64,000 nt of DNA from Octopus vulgaris (lineage: Eukaryota), in NCBI GenBank assembly GCA_951406725.2, contig OX597817.1:148242001-148306000 (forward strand), in the 5' to 3' direction. Numbering within the stretch: the stretch's first letter is position 1; each line of letters starts with the position of its first letter. This document shows, piece by piece, positions 51,900 to 64,000 of the stretch. Both the position numbers and the translations under genes were made by a program. Below the pieces are notes generated by a model. That model had not been told where the DNA came from. It did not search any database and worked only from the letters and a program-made list of their open reading frames with translations.

Positions 51900-54550
51900 A
51901 GCTTAAAGCCAATAATAGATTTGAATTTTCTCAATACCATCGCTAATGACTGATAAAGTTGATGATGCGAACAAACAAATATGATTTGGAGAAAGAGGTA
52001 ATGAAAGAAACATCATTAAAAATAATTTCGGATGAAATATAGTGGCGTTCAAAGAGAAATGAATTCGTATGAATTATTATTTCTCGTGAAAATATAACAA
52101 AGTAAATCTCAAGTATCAAAGTATAGCAATGAAATAATTTAAAATTATTTATTTATTGATGTATAATTTAGAAACGGGCTTGTTTAGTGAATTTCTTTCC
52201 CCGTTCTATAGAATACAATTCAAAAGAAGTCATGATTTTATTCCCAATTCATCCATTTGTCTAAGACATCAGACAGAAAAGTTTTAGCTCCTATTTTCCC
52301 TATATATATTCAGGTTGTATTTACGCTTATTTATTTATTTATTTATTGTTGATAACCATTTTAATTTTATCATTTTTTCAAGTTCTCCTCAGACTGTTCA
52401 AATTTTCAAGTCAATTCATGAATTGTATAAAGAAAAAAAGTGAAAAAGAACGGGAGAGCTGGTATATTACTTAATGTAAGAAATTTTATCAATAAATCTC
52501 TCTTAAAAGGAATAATTCATCAAGTATTTTCTACATTTCTCTTGCTTATTTTTCTCTTCAAATATCTTACAAATAACATTTTCTAATATAAAAAATACAT
52601 AATCTTATGATGTTTTTGTAACGGAATGCTTCCAACCAAAGGTGTCATTGCATTAGAAGACACTTAAAAATGGATAAATGAAAATAAGCTAGGCAAAACA
52701 GAAGCTTCAGAATAAAAAGGAAAACAAGAAAAAAATCAATGAAAATTGCCTGAAATAAGTTTTTAAGAATTACCAGCTGTCAAAAATACATCTTAGAGTT
52801 GAATTCATTCTTTTTCTAGCTAGTATTCTTGTTTTTTTCTTCCGAATTACAATAATAGCAAATCTGACAGTGACATCGATGATATGATCAAATGAAAAGA
52901 GAGAATACACAAAGTATACTCCTTGGCAGTTAATAATATTTGTAACAGAAGAAATAAAATAACGATTATAATGCTGGTCCTTGCGGTTTCTGCATCAATT
53001 TCCTTTTAAGATTTATTGTAATAAAGGTTCTAATGACTTAAGCTTTTGTTCTTCAAGGCCAATGGTTTGTATTATATTAGCACTAGAATAATGGTCGTAT
53101 TATGTACGCAATATTAAAACAAATATTCTGTCATTCTTTGCTTATGAAGCGATTGTCTATTTGTTATATTCCTCTACAACAATACTTCTTGGGTTCAATA
53201 TATTAATATTCTTCTTATTTAGGCCCTGTCTATAATTATTTTAGTTCTATTGAAGCGAAAGGCGGTGAGCTGGCAGAAACATTAGCACACCGGGCGAAAT
53301 GCTTACCGGTATTTCGTCTGCCGCTACTTTCTGAGTTCAAATTCCGCCGAGGTCGACTTTGCCTTTCATCCTTTCGGGGTAGATAAATTAAGTACCAGTT
53401 ACGCAGTGGGGTCGATCTAATCGACTTTATCCCTTTGTCTGTGCTTGTTTGGCCCCTCTATGTTTAGCCCATTGTGGGCAATAAAGAAATAAGAAGCGAA
53501 AAAGTTGATTCTTTATGTTGCCACTCTATCCAATTACTATAGTCAGTATTAACCTAAAGGCAGATGTAGATGTTTACGATTCTTTTGGCGGTCACTGCTT
53601 GTGCCAATTTAAATATATCATATACCGTAGGCTTTGTTTCAAATATTTTTGATATGATACTGTAAATATAAATGCATAAACTTGCATATAGTTATCCTAA
53701 ATCTATTGTTTCTTTTCAAAGTGCATAGCTATGCTTTACAGCGTAACCTATGTTCCCTGAATAAGTAAAAAAACAAGTCTGAAATTATATCCTGGAAAGA
53801 TGAATAAAATGGGGAATAGTGTCTTTTTCTCTTTTCCAAACTTTGTTTATCTCCGCATATTTTTATTTAGCATTTTAATGCAGTATGTATTATATTCACA
53901 CTACTTTTTACCATCTATCAAATAGCCTCTATGCATCTAGTTTATCATGGTCTTCGAAGCATCAGTTCCTTTTATATGTCGCATCATTCTGGTTTTATCT
54001 GCGTTCAAACCTTATTTATAACAACCACTTCTATTTGTCTCTACCAATTGACGCTTTTTTTTTTATTCCAGTGATCTGTTATCTGTCAGATTATTAAATT
54101 TGCATTCTAGATGGCTAATATATAACGGTTCTTTGTAAATTCCAGCGAATTCATTCGTCTTTCATGACAGAAAGTTTGACATGTTGCTCAATATTCAATA
54201 GATTTCGATTCTTTTATTGTTTTCCTTTCAATTAGGGCCAGAGGGTATATTTTGAAAATTGTTCAGGGTTACTGTATTACATTTCTATACAATTACCACA
54301 ACTTGAATACATGCCATGACTATCATTATAAATGTCATGTTCCAATAGTCGTATCCAAAGGCCGTTTTGCTCTTTAAATGGAGAAGATAAACTTAAGGGA
54401 ATTGTTAACCATATCATAGTACAAAATACAGTATTTGACTTATCAGATGTATTGTTGGTTATACATTAACGTTAATTGGATATTTATCTTAGATTTTGAT
54501 GTTGTTTTTTCGCCACTATTGACATTTAGATATTTACCTGTTTACTCAAA
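51900..54550 (-). mobile_element. Possible ancient L1-clade ORF2 remnant
   Basis: Minus-strand remnants in the expected order: SLEKRK (about 53835), NYR (about 53235), IDAETA (about 52990), CQG....SLF (about 52920). Confidence 0.3.
53261..53492 (+). mobile_element. SINE family B
   Basis: Full copy; TSD GAAGCGAAA (53252-53260, 53493-53501). Confidence 0.93.
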
Positions 54551-54962
54551 TAAATAAATTACTGGTGCATTAACAGTGTTCAATAACCAGAGTATGCTAT
54601 ACTGAAAAACATATCTATAGGTCTTATCGTAAATATTAAGTATACATATATGTACATGCAGACTCACATGTGCACATTCCCAAACTTATGTATCTATACA
54701 CATGCATACTCACACATACATGTATATATTTAGAGGCAAATAGATAAATAGAGAGAATGAGAGAAAGAGAAAGAGAGAAATAGAGATATGTAAACAGGTT
54801 GTTTTTAGACAAGATCTTAAAACAATAATTTAGTGAAGAAGAGAAGAAATATGGGCATATTTAGACTCATGTCTGTGGTGGGATTTTCGGCGACAAGTAC
54901 AATTTTTGTCCACGGAGGTACTGCTTTGATATCAAATGATAAAAAAGACATATATACATACA

Positions 54963-55063
<101 letters not shown>

Positions 55064-55087
55064 GTATATATATATATATGTATATAT

Positions 55088-55543
55088 CTTCGCTCCTTTG
55101 CGTCACATGGGTTCAACTCCCTCTCTTCTTTATCTGACACCTACTTCATCTCTTCACTGCTACCCACCTTCTCACTTCCTTGATACCCCCTCCATCCACA
55201 GCCCACCCCACGTATCCATATGTCAAAGTCACCGGCACCTATCCACACTTATACACAGACACGCTCACATTCAGACGCGCACCGTTTTGAGATCACCAGT
55301 ACTTTATTATCTCCCTGTTGTTCCTAGCTCTCCTGTCTAAGTACCTTTGTGCAACCAGTAGCCATGATGGACCGCTAAATCCTAAAATTGTCTTTATTCT
55401 CTCTGTGTTTATTTCCTCGTGTTCGTTTCTGTTGAAGAGCGTAGGCTCGAAACGTAAAAGACTTTCTCACCTTCCCGTGCGTTGAACTAATACAACTGGT
55501 TGTTGTTTATACACCTGTTTGCGTCTTTTTTCCGTAAATTTCA

Positions 55544-55547
<4 letters not shown>
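55088..55547 (+). mobile_element. (TA)n-embedded PLE-type element with hammerhead motif at 55426-55459
   Basis: UUU CUGUUGA A GAGC GUAG GCUC GAAAC GUA AAA; homologous to 16762-17240. Confidence 0.75.
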
Positions 55548-55599
<52 letters not shown>

Positions 55600-55672
55600 C
55601 ATACATATATTTACACACACACACACTCACACACACACATACATATATATATATACATACATACATATATTT

Positions 55673-55740
<68 letters not shown>

Positions 55741-55819
55741 GACGGACACCCCCATGGAAGACGACGTATGACCGTTCACTTCTGCCGAACGATCTGCAAA
55801 AATGATTTGTCTTTTTAGT

Positions 55820-56260
55820 GCGATCAAATGTTCGTGCTACACATTGGTCACTCTCACCTTCAAATCGACGTTGCCTGACAGGTGCACTGCACACCATGCC
55901 TCAGGAGTCGAAGTGAATGTACAGTAAAGTGAGATAAATTGATTTGTTCAAGAACACAAAGTACCACCTCGAGCTATAAATGTATAACAGAATTCGTATA
56001 TAGATATACATATACACAGACGCGCGCGCGCACACACACGTATCTATATATATATGTATATATGTATATATATATATATATATATATAAATAGAGAGAGA
56101 GAAGAGAGAAAGTTGTGGCGAAAGAGTCAACAGATATTCGCCCTTACCTTCTGCTGGAACCGCGTGGAGGTTTGGTGTTTCGCTCATAAACACACACATT
56201 CGAACCCGCAATCCCTCGACCTCGTGTCCGCTGCTCTAACCACTAGGCCATGTGTCTTCA
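55820..56260 (-). mobile_element. SINE family E with internal microsatellite
   Basis: Minus-strand head GAAGACACATGGCCTAGTGGTTAGAGCAGCGGAC...GGTTCGAAT; tail GTGACCAATGTGTAGC. Confidence 0.65.
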
Positions 56261-56291
56261 CTATACATATACAACACACACACACATATAA

Positions 56292-56322
<31 letters not shown>

Positions 56323-56558
56323 AATATCAGTAATGCAATACAAAGTATTGCCTTCCAGTAAAAAGTAGCCCGTGAGGGAAAAATACACAAATTAGTAAAT
56401 AAATGGCACAACTAAGTACCGATATTTACTGGAAATAGCGAACGTAAAAATACTGATATTTTGAAACTTCTTCACCGTTTCTCGTACTGTTAGCGTTCCG
56501 TATTTCAGTCGAGTGTGTTAGTATTAATGTGGTAGCATCGTAGATTTCGTCTTGGTAT

Positions 56559-56636
56559 ATGTTTGGCTGAAGAAGGTAAAGCAAAATGTGGGTGAGAGAC
56601 ATATCTTGCAAAACCTGAAACCTGCAGGTACCACAT
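56559..56636 (+). ncRNA. Type I hammerhead ribozyme, canonical core, GUA site
   Basis: UGG CUGAAGA AGGU[...]ACCU GAAAC CUGCAG GUA CCA; predicted cleavage after 56630. Confidence 0.85.
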
Positions 56637-56992
56637 TATCCATTTTCCGGGTGTTTCATCTTTCAGATTTTCTCCCTGGAGGTAAGACGGTTTTTTTTTC
56701 TCTATTTTGTTGCACACACGCATTTTTACTAATACATACGCGGTGAAGCTAAACATTAGCGTCGTATTTTTACGTTCGCTATTTCCAGTAAATATCGGTA
56801 CTTAGTTGTGCCATTTATTTACTAATTTGTGTATTTTTCCCTCACGGGCTACTTTTTACTGGAAGGCAATACTTTGTATTGCATTACTGATATTTTGAAA
56901 CTTCTTCACCGTTTCTCGTATTGTTAGCGTTCCGTATTTCAGTCGAGTGTGTTAGTATTAATGTGGTGGCATCGTAGATTTCATCTTGGTAT

Positions 56993-57070
56993 ATGTTTGG
57001 CTGAAGAAGGTAAAGCAAAATGTGGGTGAGAGACATATCTTGCAAAACCTGAAACCTGCAGGTCCCACAT
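56993..57070 (+). ncRNA. Type I hammerhead ribozyme, canonical core, GUC site
   Basis: UGG CUGAAGA AGGU[...]ACCU GAAAC CUGCAG GUC CCA; predicted cleavage after 57064. Confidence 0.85.
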
Positions 57071-57259
57071 TATCCTTTTCCGGGTGTTTCATCTTTCAGA
57101 TGTTCTCCCTGGAGGTAAGACGGTTTTTTTTCTCTATTTTGTTGCACACACGCATTTTTACTAATACATACGCGGTGAAGCTACACATTAGCGTCGTATT
57201 TTTACGTTCGCTATTTCCAGTAAATATAGGTACTTAGTTGTGCCATTTATTTACTAATT

Positions 57260-57316
<57 letters not shown>

Positions 57317-57317
57317 G

Positions 57318-57397
<80 letters not shown>

Positions 57398-57408
57398 TGT
57401 ATGTATGT

Positions 57409-57816
57409 CAGGTCACTTTCGAGTACTACTGATAACATGTAACCCAGTACAACCTGTTGCATGATTGGGCCGTCGTCTACTAAACCGGCAACGCCACCCA
57501 GCTTGCTTGGTGAGGAAGGTGTTTATTGGACACCCTGAGGGATGAAAAAACAGAAATCGTCAAAGGGAAGAGGAACTCTTGAGAGTCAACGGCCATTCAA
57601 TAAATGTGTAATTTTTTTCTTCTTAAGGCTTAAGGCTGTATCATGCGCGGGAACATAGAAATAATCGGACTGAATACCCGATCGCGCGGTTAAACCATTG
57701 AGAGCGAATGACTCCTAGCCTTTGTTAGGGCATCCTTCTAGGTGAAGGTAGCTCAGGTAATTGGGATAACTCCGACATAAAACCTGCGGCTCAGTGGTTA
57801 CCGAAGATGTTGACTT
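57409..57816 (+). mobile_element. RTE-derived non-coding element, 3'-truncated, following (TATG)n
   Basis: Homologous to 58435-59047 and 34061-34520. Confidence 0.72.
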
Positions 57817-58319
57817 TTCATAGCAAAAAAGCACCTTTTTGATGTAAATAATTTTTGGTGTCAACATGGTTCGATTTGAATTTTTTTGTTCTACGGAAGG
57901 AGAAGCAAGCGTTCTTCTATTATACTTTCAATTTTGGTCAACTTGTGCCGCAGGTTCTCGGAGGAGATAGTGTTAGTTGAAGTCTACCCAACCTGCTACA
58001 CACAGACAACTTCAGTTTTATATAGAGAGAGATTAATACAATTCGATTTTCCTCATTTTGATTATTCAGAGGTGTTGTTGCGACTGTAGACTCTGGTTAT
58101 AGATTTTGCAACTATCATGGTGGTTTCAAGTTTGAAAGAAATATATTTACAAACATCAGCAAGCGATTTATCTCAACGCAATTATTCAGCTTCAGAACGT
58201 GGCTGATTGTTGTTGCCATGAATTTAGAAGCAATGTTCATTGCAAATCATTGATGTTCCCACGCAATTTCCGCGAATACACTCCGTGTATACCGATGTAT
58301 GTATCATGTAAGATTTTAG

Positions 58320-58368
<49 letters not shown>

Positions 58369-58434
58369 TGTGTGAGCGTGCGTTTGTGAGTGTATGTATG
58401 TGTGTATGTATGTATGTATGCATGGTCACTCATT

Positions 58435-59047
58435 GTCAGGGCACTTTCGAGTGCTACTGGTAACATGTAACACAGTACATGTTACATTATCGGGTCCTCG
58501 GCCACTAAACCGGCAACCCCACTAAGCATGCTTAGTGAGGAGGGTGTTTATTAGACACCCTGCGGGTTGAAAAACAAAACCCGTCAAAGGGCCGAGGAAC
58601 TCTTGAGAGTCAACGGCCACCCAATAAATGTCTTAAGGCTGTATCATGCGCGGGCACATAGAAATAATAGGACTGAATACCCGATCGTGCGGTTAAATCA
58701 TAGGGAGTGAAGCACTCCTAGCGTTTGTTAGGGCATCCTTCTAGGAGAAGGTTACTCAGGTAACTGGGATAACTCCGACATAAAACCTGTGGCTCGGTGG
58801 TTACCGACGATGTTGACTTGTTCTTCTTTTCGGATTATGGCTGTTGTTGCTTAGTGAGTGAGATTGACTCAGTGCACAGCCTTTCCTCACTTTACAATCT
58901 TCTTGCAGAGGCATTGCACGATAACAACATTGTTCATGATTGTTGGTGGTGCTGTGAGTCTCAACTGAATGGCTGGCCTTAAAAAGCAAATAATAGTCAC
59001 ATTCGATCACATTCGATCACAGCATCAATAACGAGGGGTCATCCATC
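58435..59047 (+). mobile_element. RTE-derived non-coding element with (ATGT)n tail
   Basis: Longest of three copies; ends CGAGGGGTCATCCATC ATGTATGTATG. Confidence 0.75.
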
Positions 59048-59325
59048 ATGTATGTATGCGCTTTTAGTAACATTTTAATTCATCACTTAAATAGATATAA
59101 ACATACATTAAGATAAGTTTTCAAAACGTGGGTCAGTTATTATCGAATTTGAAATAATTAGAGACAGTATTCGAGGAAGAATCAGTAAGAGAAAATGAGC
59201 AGGTGGAAGAGAAAGTAAAATCACTTAGATTGAGTAACAAAATAGCAAACTTTGCTTAGAAAATATAGGAAAGTGCATCACAAAATAAACTGGTGTGTAT
59301 GTATTTATGAAATAAAGGAAAACGT

Positions 59326-59384
<59 letters not shown>

Positions 59385-59959
59385 CTAAGAGAGAGAGAGT
59401 GAGGTATGTAAATGGGAGAAAGATATCCAGAAAGGCAAAGAGAGAGTGAGAGGAAGGAAGACAGAGGGAGAGAGAAAGAGGGAGAGAGAGAGATAAGCAT
59501 ACTTGAATGTATTCTGTCGATTATGCCTGTATATTTGTTGGTGTGTATGGGATGTAAACTGCGAAACTGGACTGACAATACGTTTTTGAGAACGACAAAA
59601 GAGGAACGATACAAGATGAAGAATTCAAATGCAATTAAAGATAAAAAATAAGAGGAAAGCTAGGAATATAAAAAAAAGGAGAGAAAGAAATAGAAGAGTT
59701 TTGGCGAGGAAGATATTTGTAGCGTAGAAATTACGTAGCAGGCTACAGATGTTTACAAACATGCATACATTCATTCATACATACATAGAAACATGCATAC
59801 ATACATACATACATACATACATACATAAATACATACATACATACATATACATACATACATATACATACATACATACATACATACATGCATGTATACATAC
59901 ATACATAAATACATACAGACATACAAATATACGTACATACATATATACACATATATACA

Positions 59960-59998
<39 letters not shown>

Positions 59999-60137
59999 GC
60001 ACATAAATACGTGCATACATACATGGCCTGGTCATTTATACAATTGTGTGTTGTGTGTGCATATACACATACATGCCTTATATATATATATATAGAAATA
60101 TATATCTATGTATATATATATATATATATATATAAAT

Positions 60138-60210
60138 AGTTAATCCAAACAAGAAAACACAAAGAGAACACACAACGCGAGAACGTGGAACAAATATAGT
60201 ATTATTGGAC
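60138..60210 (-). mobile_element. Terminal about 70 bp of the CCGACGA-hammerhead element, in (TA)n
   Basis: TAGTTAATCCAAACAAGAAAACACAAA...CGTGGAACAAATA.AGTATTATTGGAC matches 45679-45752. Confidence 0.75.
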
Positions 60211-60236
60211 ATATATATACATATATATATATATAC

Positions 60237-60281
<45 letters not shown>

Positions 60282-60282
60282 C

Positions 60283-60329
<47 letters not shown>

Positions 60330-60567
60330 CATATATATATACACATATATACATAGTACATACACAGCCAAACGCACACACGCATATATATATATATAGG
60401 CATATATGCATATACATGCTTACATGTACACCTACTTATATGTGTGTATGTCTACGCATGTGCATATGTATGTGAATATATAAGTTAAATATGTACGTGT
60501 GTGCATGTGTTTGTTGTCGTGTGCACATGTTTACAAGAATATGTGTATGTATGTATGAATATGTATG

Positions 60568-60601
<34 letters not shown>

Positions 60602-61029
60602 TGTATGTATGTATGTATGTAGGAATACAATAACTGTATAACTGTGGCTGTGGTGGAGAACGGGAGCGACAGGGACAATGGAAAAGAGAGAAATGCATGG
60701 AACAAGAAGGCTTAAAAGAGCGCTTGTTTGAAAAAAGTAAATGAATGCAATGCAATTGTACAATAAATACGAATTTGTGTATTATTTATCAGCTAAACAG
60801 TGAGGTAATCTTTTGTCGCCGCATGGTTATAAAGCGATGTCCTTTGTATAACAAATTCACGCTAGAGAATGAAACACGCAGAAAGTTTCCAATCTGGCTA
60901 TGCAATATAAAAGACTATAATGCGAAGGAAGAATGAAAATAAGAAAAAAATATACAATAACGTAAATAACCCCACCACCACCAAAAAAGCAGAAAAATGA
61001 AACAAGAACAACAACGTTAATAATAACAA

Positions 61030-61070
<41 letters not shown>

Positions 61071-61488
61071 ATAATAATAATAATAATAAGAGTAATAATA
61101 ATAATAGTAATAACAACAACAGCGACAGTAATAGTGATTATCATCATTCTTCTTTTTCTTCTTATTGTTGTCGTTGCTGTTGCTGTTTTCCATCATTATC
61201 ATGGTCTTGTTGTTGTTGTTGTTGTTCTTCTTCTTCTTCTTCTTCTTCTTCTGCTTCTTCTTCTTCTTCTTCTTCTTCTTCTTCTTCTTCTCTTCTCCTT
61301 CTTCTTCTTCTTCTTCTTCTTCTTCTTCTTCTTCTTCTTCTTCTTCTTCTTCTTCTTCTCTTCTTCTTCTTCTTCTTCTTCTTCTTCTTCTTCTTCTTCT
61401 TCTTCTTCTTCTTCTTCTTCTCCTTCTTATCATCATCTTCATCATCATAATTATTATAAATATTATTATTATTATTATTATAATAATA

Positions 61489-61519
<31 letters not shown>

Positions 61520-61520
61520 C
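61030..61520. repeat. Compound trinucleotide microsatellite (CTA, ATA, GTT, CTT, CAT, ATT)n
   Basis: Directly visible. Confidence 0.96.
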
Positions 61521-62270
61521 CAACGTCATTTTAATTTGGAGACAGGAAGTAAAAAAAAAGTGAAAATTAGTTTAATAAGAAATATGGGTTGGTGGTGTTA
61601 TAATTCAATTCCCTATCAATGGGGAGCAGCCAACGTGTCTCTTTTTAAAGAAACGTCTTTCTTATAATCAGTCATTGTCTGTGTTTCAATACCGCCATTG
61701 ATTATTACATCATACTAGAGGAAAGAAGTCAACTACGATGACGAAGACGCGATGAGGACGACTTTAACAATAAACAACCTGACAATACTCACAAGAACAC
61801 ATGATTCTCTTTGTTAAGTGTTAGTGATTTATGTAAAGTTTTAATGGCTTTCTTTCTTGCTATTAATATCTATTATGTCTACTTCTATTTATGTATAGTT
61901 AAATGTATTCAAGCATTGATTTGTCTTGTGATGGAAGGTTGGAGATGTATGGGCCGTGTAAGTTATCGCTAAAAGTTTATCGCTAAAACTCAAATCGTCG
62001 CCCAACGAATTTGTTTATAAATAAAGTTAGACACCGTGAAAACTGGAAGTGGTTTGGAGCTAACTATCGTGAAACGGATTTCCACGCCCACAGAGATTCA
62101 TACATGCATATATACATACATATTTACACTTATAATCCCCATATCAACGAGCGAAATCATATGTACATGTGAAGTATTCAAACAAATACCACACACACAA
62201 ATAGCAAGGAAGTATGTACACTAGTGAACTAATGTGACCTCGCGTACATCAAGTGTAAGATCACCGGTCC

Positions 62271-62341
<71 letters not shown>

Positions 62342-62342
<1 letters not shown>

Positions 62343-62473
62343 TTCTTCTGTTGGCCTGCTCGCTTAGCCAGCCGGGTGGGGTCATTTGAAGGCTAAAACA
62401 ATGCGAAGCGCATTGTGACCAGCGATGTGTAGCAAAAGCTGATAGCCTGGTCGGTCAGGGTAATCACGGTGAT
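62342..62473 (+). mobile_element. SINE 3' fragment with RTE-like tail, between (TA)n tracts
   Basis: TGTGACCAGCG.TGT...CTGGTCGGTCA...GTGAT is shared with the RTE end at 16643-16694. Confidence 0.65.
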
Positions 62474-62971
62474 TATATATACATACATATAACAAAATAA
62501 TCTACATATCCCAAAACTCTAAACGTTGTCATTCCTTAAACAGAAGTGCCTTGCCATTATAATCATGCCTGTCACTTATTGCAACCCACGGTATTAACTG
62601 TTTCTATATCAGCCGAGGCGAAATTTGCTGATATTGATATTGAATGCTTTCTGCTGATGACGTTCAAAGAAACAGAAATACATATTTCATAATTCCACCA
62701 CCGTTACTAGAAGCTTTTCGCTTGCTACTGATACATTTCTGTGTGTTTTTAACACGATACGCCTATATGCGATGCTTCCTCGATGGTAATATCGCCGTTA
62801 AGTCTTCGAAGATATGTCTGTGTGAGGTACGAAATACAATATGATATTTTGACCTAATAGTAATTCCGTCGCTTATAAGTATTTTTTCAGCCTGTCAGCT
62901 TATAGCACCTCAAGTAATTTGTTAGTCAATGTCCTGTTTTTTCTTAATATCAGTAGAAGTTAAATCTGATA

Positions 62972-63203
62972 AGGTGGTGAGCTGGCAGAAACGTTAGCAC
63001 GCCGGGTGAAATGCTAAGCGGTATTTCGTCTGCCGTTACGTTCTGAGTTCAAATTCCGCCGAGGTCGACTTTGCCTTTCATCCTTTCGGGGTCTATAAAT
63101 TAAGTACCAGTTACGCACTGGGGTCGATGTAATCGACTTAATCCCTTTGTCTGTCCTTGCTTGCCCCCTCTATGTTTATCCCCTTGTGGGCAATAAAGAA
63201 ATA
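62972..63203 (+). mobile_element. SINE family B
   Basis: Full copy; TSD AGAAGTTAAATCTG (62955-62968, 63204-63217). Confidence 0.93.
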
Positions 63204-63876
63204 AGAAGTTAAATCTGTTACAGCCTACGGTTGAGGTTATATTCTTCCTAGTAATGACAAGCAAAGAAGCTGAAACACGTATTTACCTATTCCACCATCA
63301 CAACTGGTTATACGTCGCCTTATACTCATACACGTCTGAGCTTTTTAGCATTATACGGGTATTAAAGATGCTTTATAAAGACAAATAACGTAGGTCTCCA
63401 GCATTCAACAATATATCCACTTTAGGTAAGACACGCAGGATACAATGAGTCCTAATTTACTCATAAGACCAACATTTTTTTCATGGGAGGCATTTATTTG
63501 ATTTTATTGATCCCAGTATATGAGCGGCATTTCATGTCATCAATCAAGAAAATTTGAAAGGTAAACAAACCCTGGAGAAGATTTGAACTCGGGACATAAA
63601 GAGCCGGGAGAAACGGTGCAGTATGTTTGTTCTGTGTAGGGATTCTATCATTCCTCCAAGTTCTAATAATTATATAATTCTAATAATTATATAATTATTT
63701 TCTTAATTCGATACAGTTTTAGATACTTTTCAGAGCAGAGTCAAGACGATAACATCAACCACAATAGTTGTGAGGTACTTCCTTTTTATCGATGCCGAAA
63801 TGACAAAGCACGTCTTGAACTCGGAACGTAAAGTCCTGGAAGAAATACAGGTTTTTCCGACAAATATATATATATA

Positions 63877-64000
63877 GTAAATGAGAGCAATATGCAGATT
63901 AAGTCAGGAGGAGATTATAGTCTTTAATGAAACTGAAACAACAAAAATTTGTTTCGTGACTTTCAGGCAACGCCAATCATCAGGCGAGTCATGAACAGAG
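63877..64000 (-). mobile_element. PLE-type 3' terminus with hammerhead core, running off the window
   Basis: Minus-strand CUGAUGA (63983-63977)...GAAAC (63955-63951), ending at a short (TA)n. Confidence 0.55.

Larger units (their letters stand above)
56322..57262 (+). mobile_element. Retrozyme-like/PLE-derived element: 434-bp tandem unit plus inverted segment, in (TA)n
   Basis: Unit 1 is 56451-56884 and unit 2 is 56885-57262 (truncated), nearly identical. 56322-56453 is the reverse complement of 56764-56895. Confidence 0.9.

Noticed and set aside
56505-57237. 64-83-aa ORFs within the 434-bp tandem unit
   Set aside because: Frames differ between the two units because of indels; the element is better explained as a structured non-coding RNA.
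61068-61667. Poly-R/E/K/L/S ORFs
   Set aside because: Compound trinucleotide microsatellite.

Overview
AT-rich, microsatellite-dense animal genomic DNA. The tRNA-derived SINE families and repeat landscape look like an Octopus genome (recognition, not a database result). I find no supportable host protein-coding exon; almost all long ORFs in the track are translations of (TA)n, (CA)n, (CATA)n or trinucleotide repeats. The window is a transposon graveyard: many SINEs, a near full-length IR/DR Tc1 element, mariner remnants and MITEs, a piggyBac-type MITE, RTE and CR1-group LINE fragments, and at least five Penelope-like (PLE) RT or GIY-YIG fragments. The most striking layer is a set of short non-coding elements inserted in (TA)n tracts. 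They show PLE-style inverted or tandem terminal repeats and carry minimal type I hammerhead ribozyme motifs, about 10 in 64 kb. The best case is 56322-57262: a 434-bp tandem unit with two intact hammerhead cores (CUGAAGA...GAAAC-CUGCAG-GUA/GUC) whose palindromic stem III implies dimer cleavage and release of a 434-nt RNA, i.e. retrozyme-like. A second notable element is a 1.37-kb ORF1-only L1/Tx1-like retroposon inserted with a 15-bp TSD into the tRNA-like head of a SINE (38808-40173).
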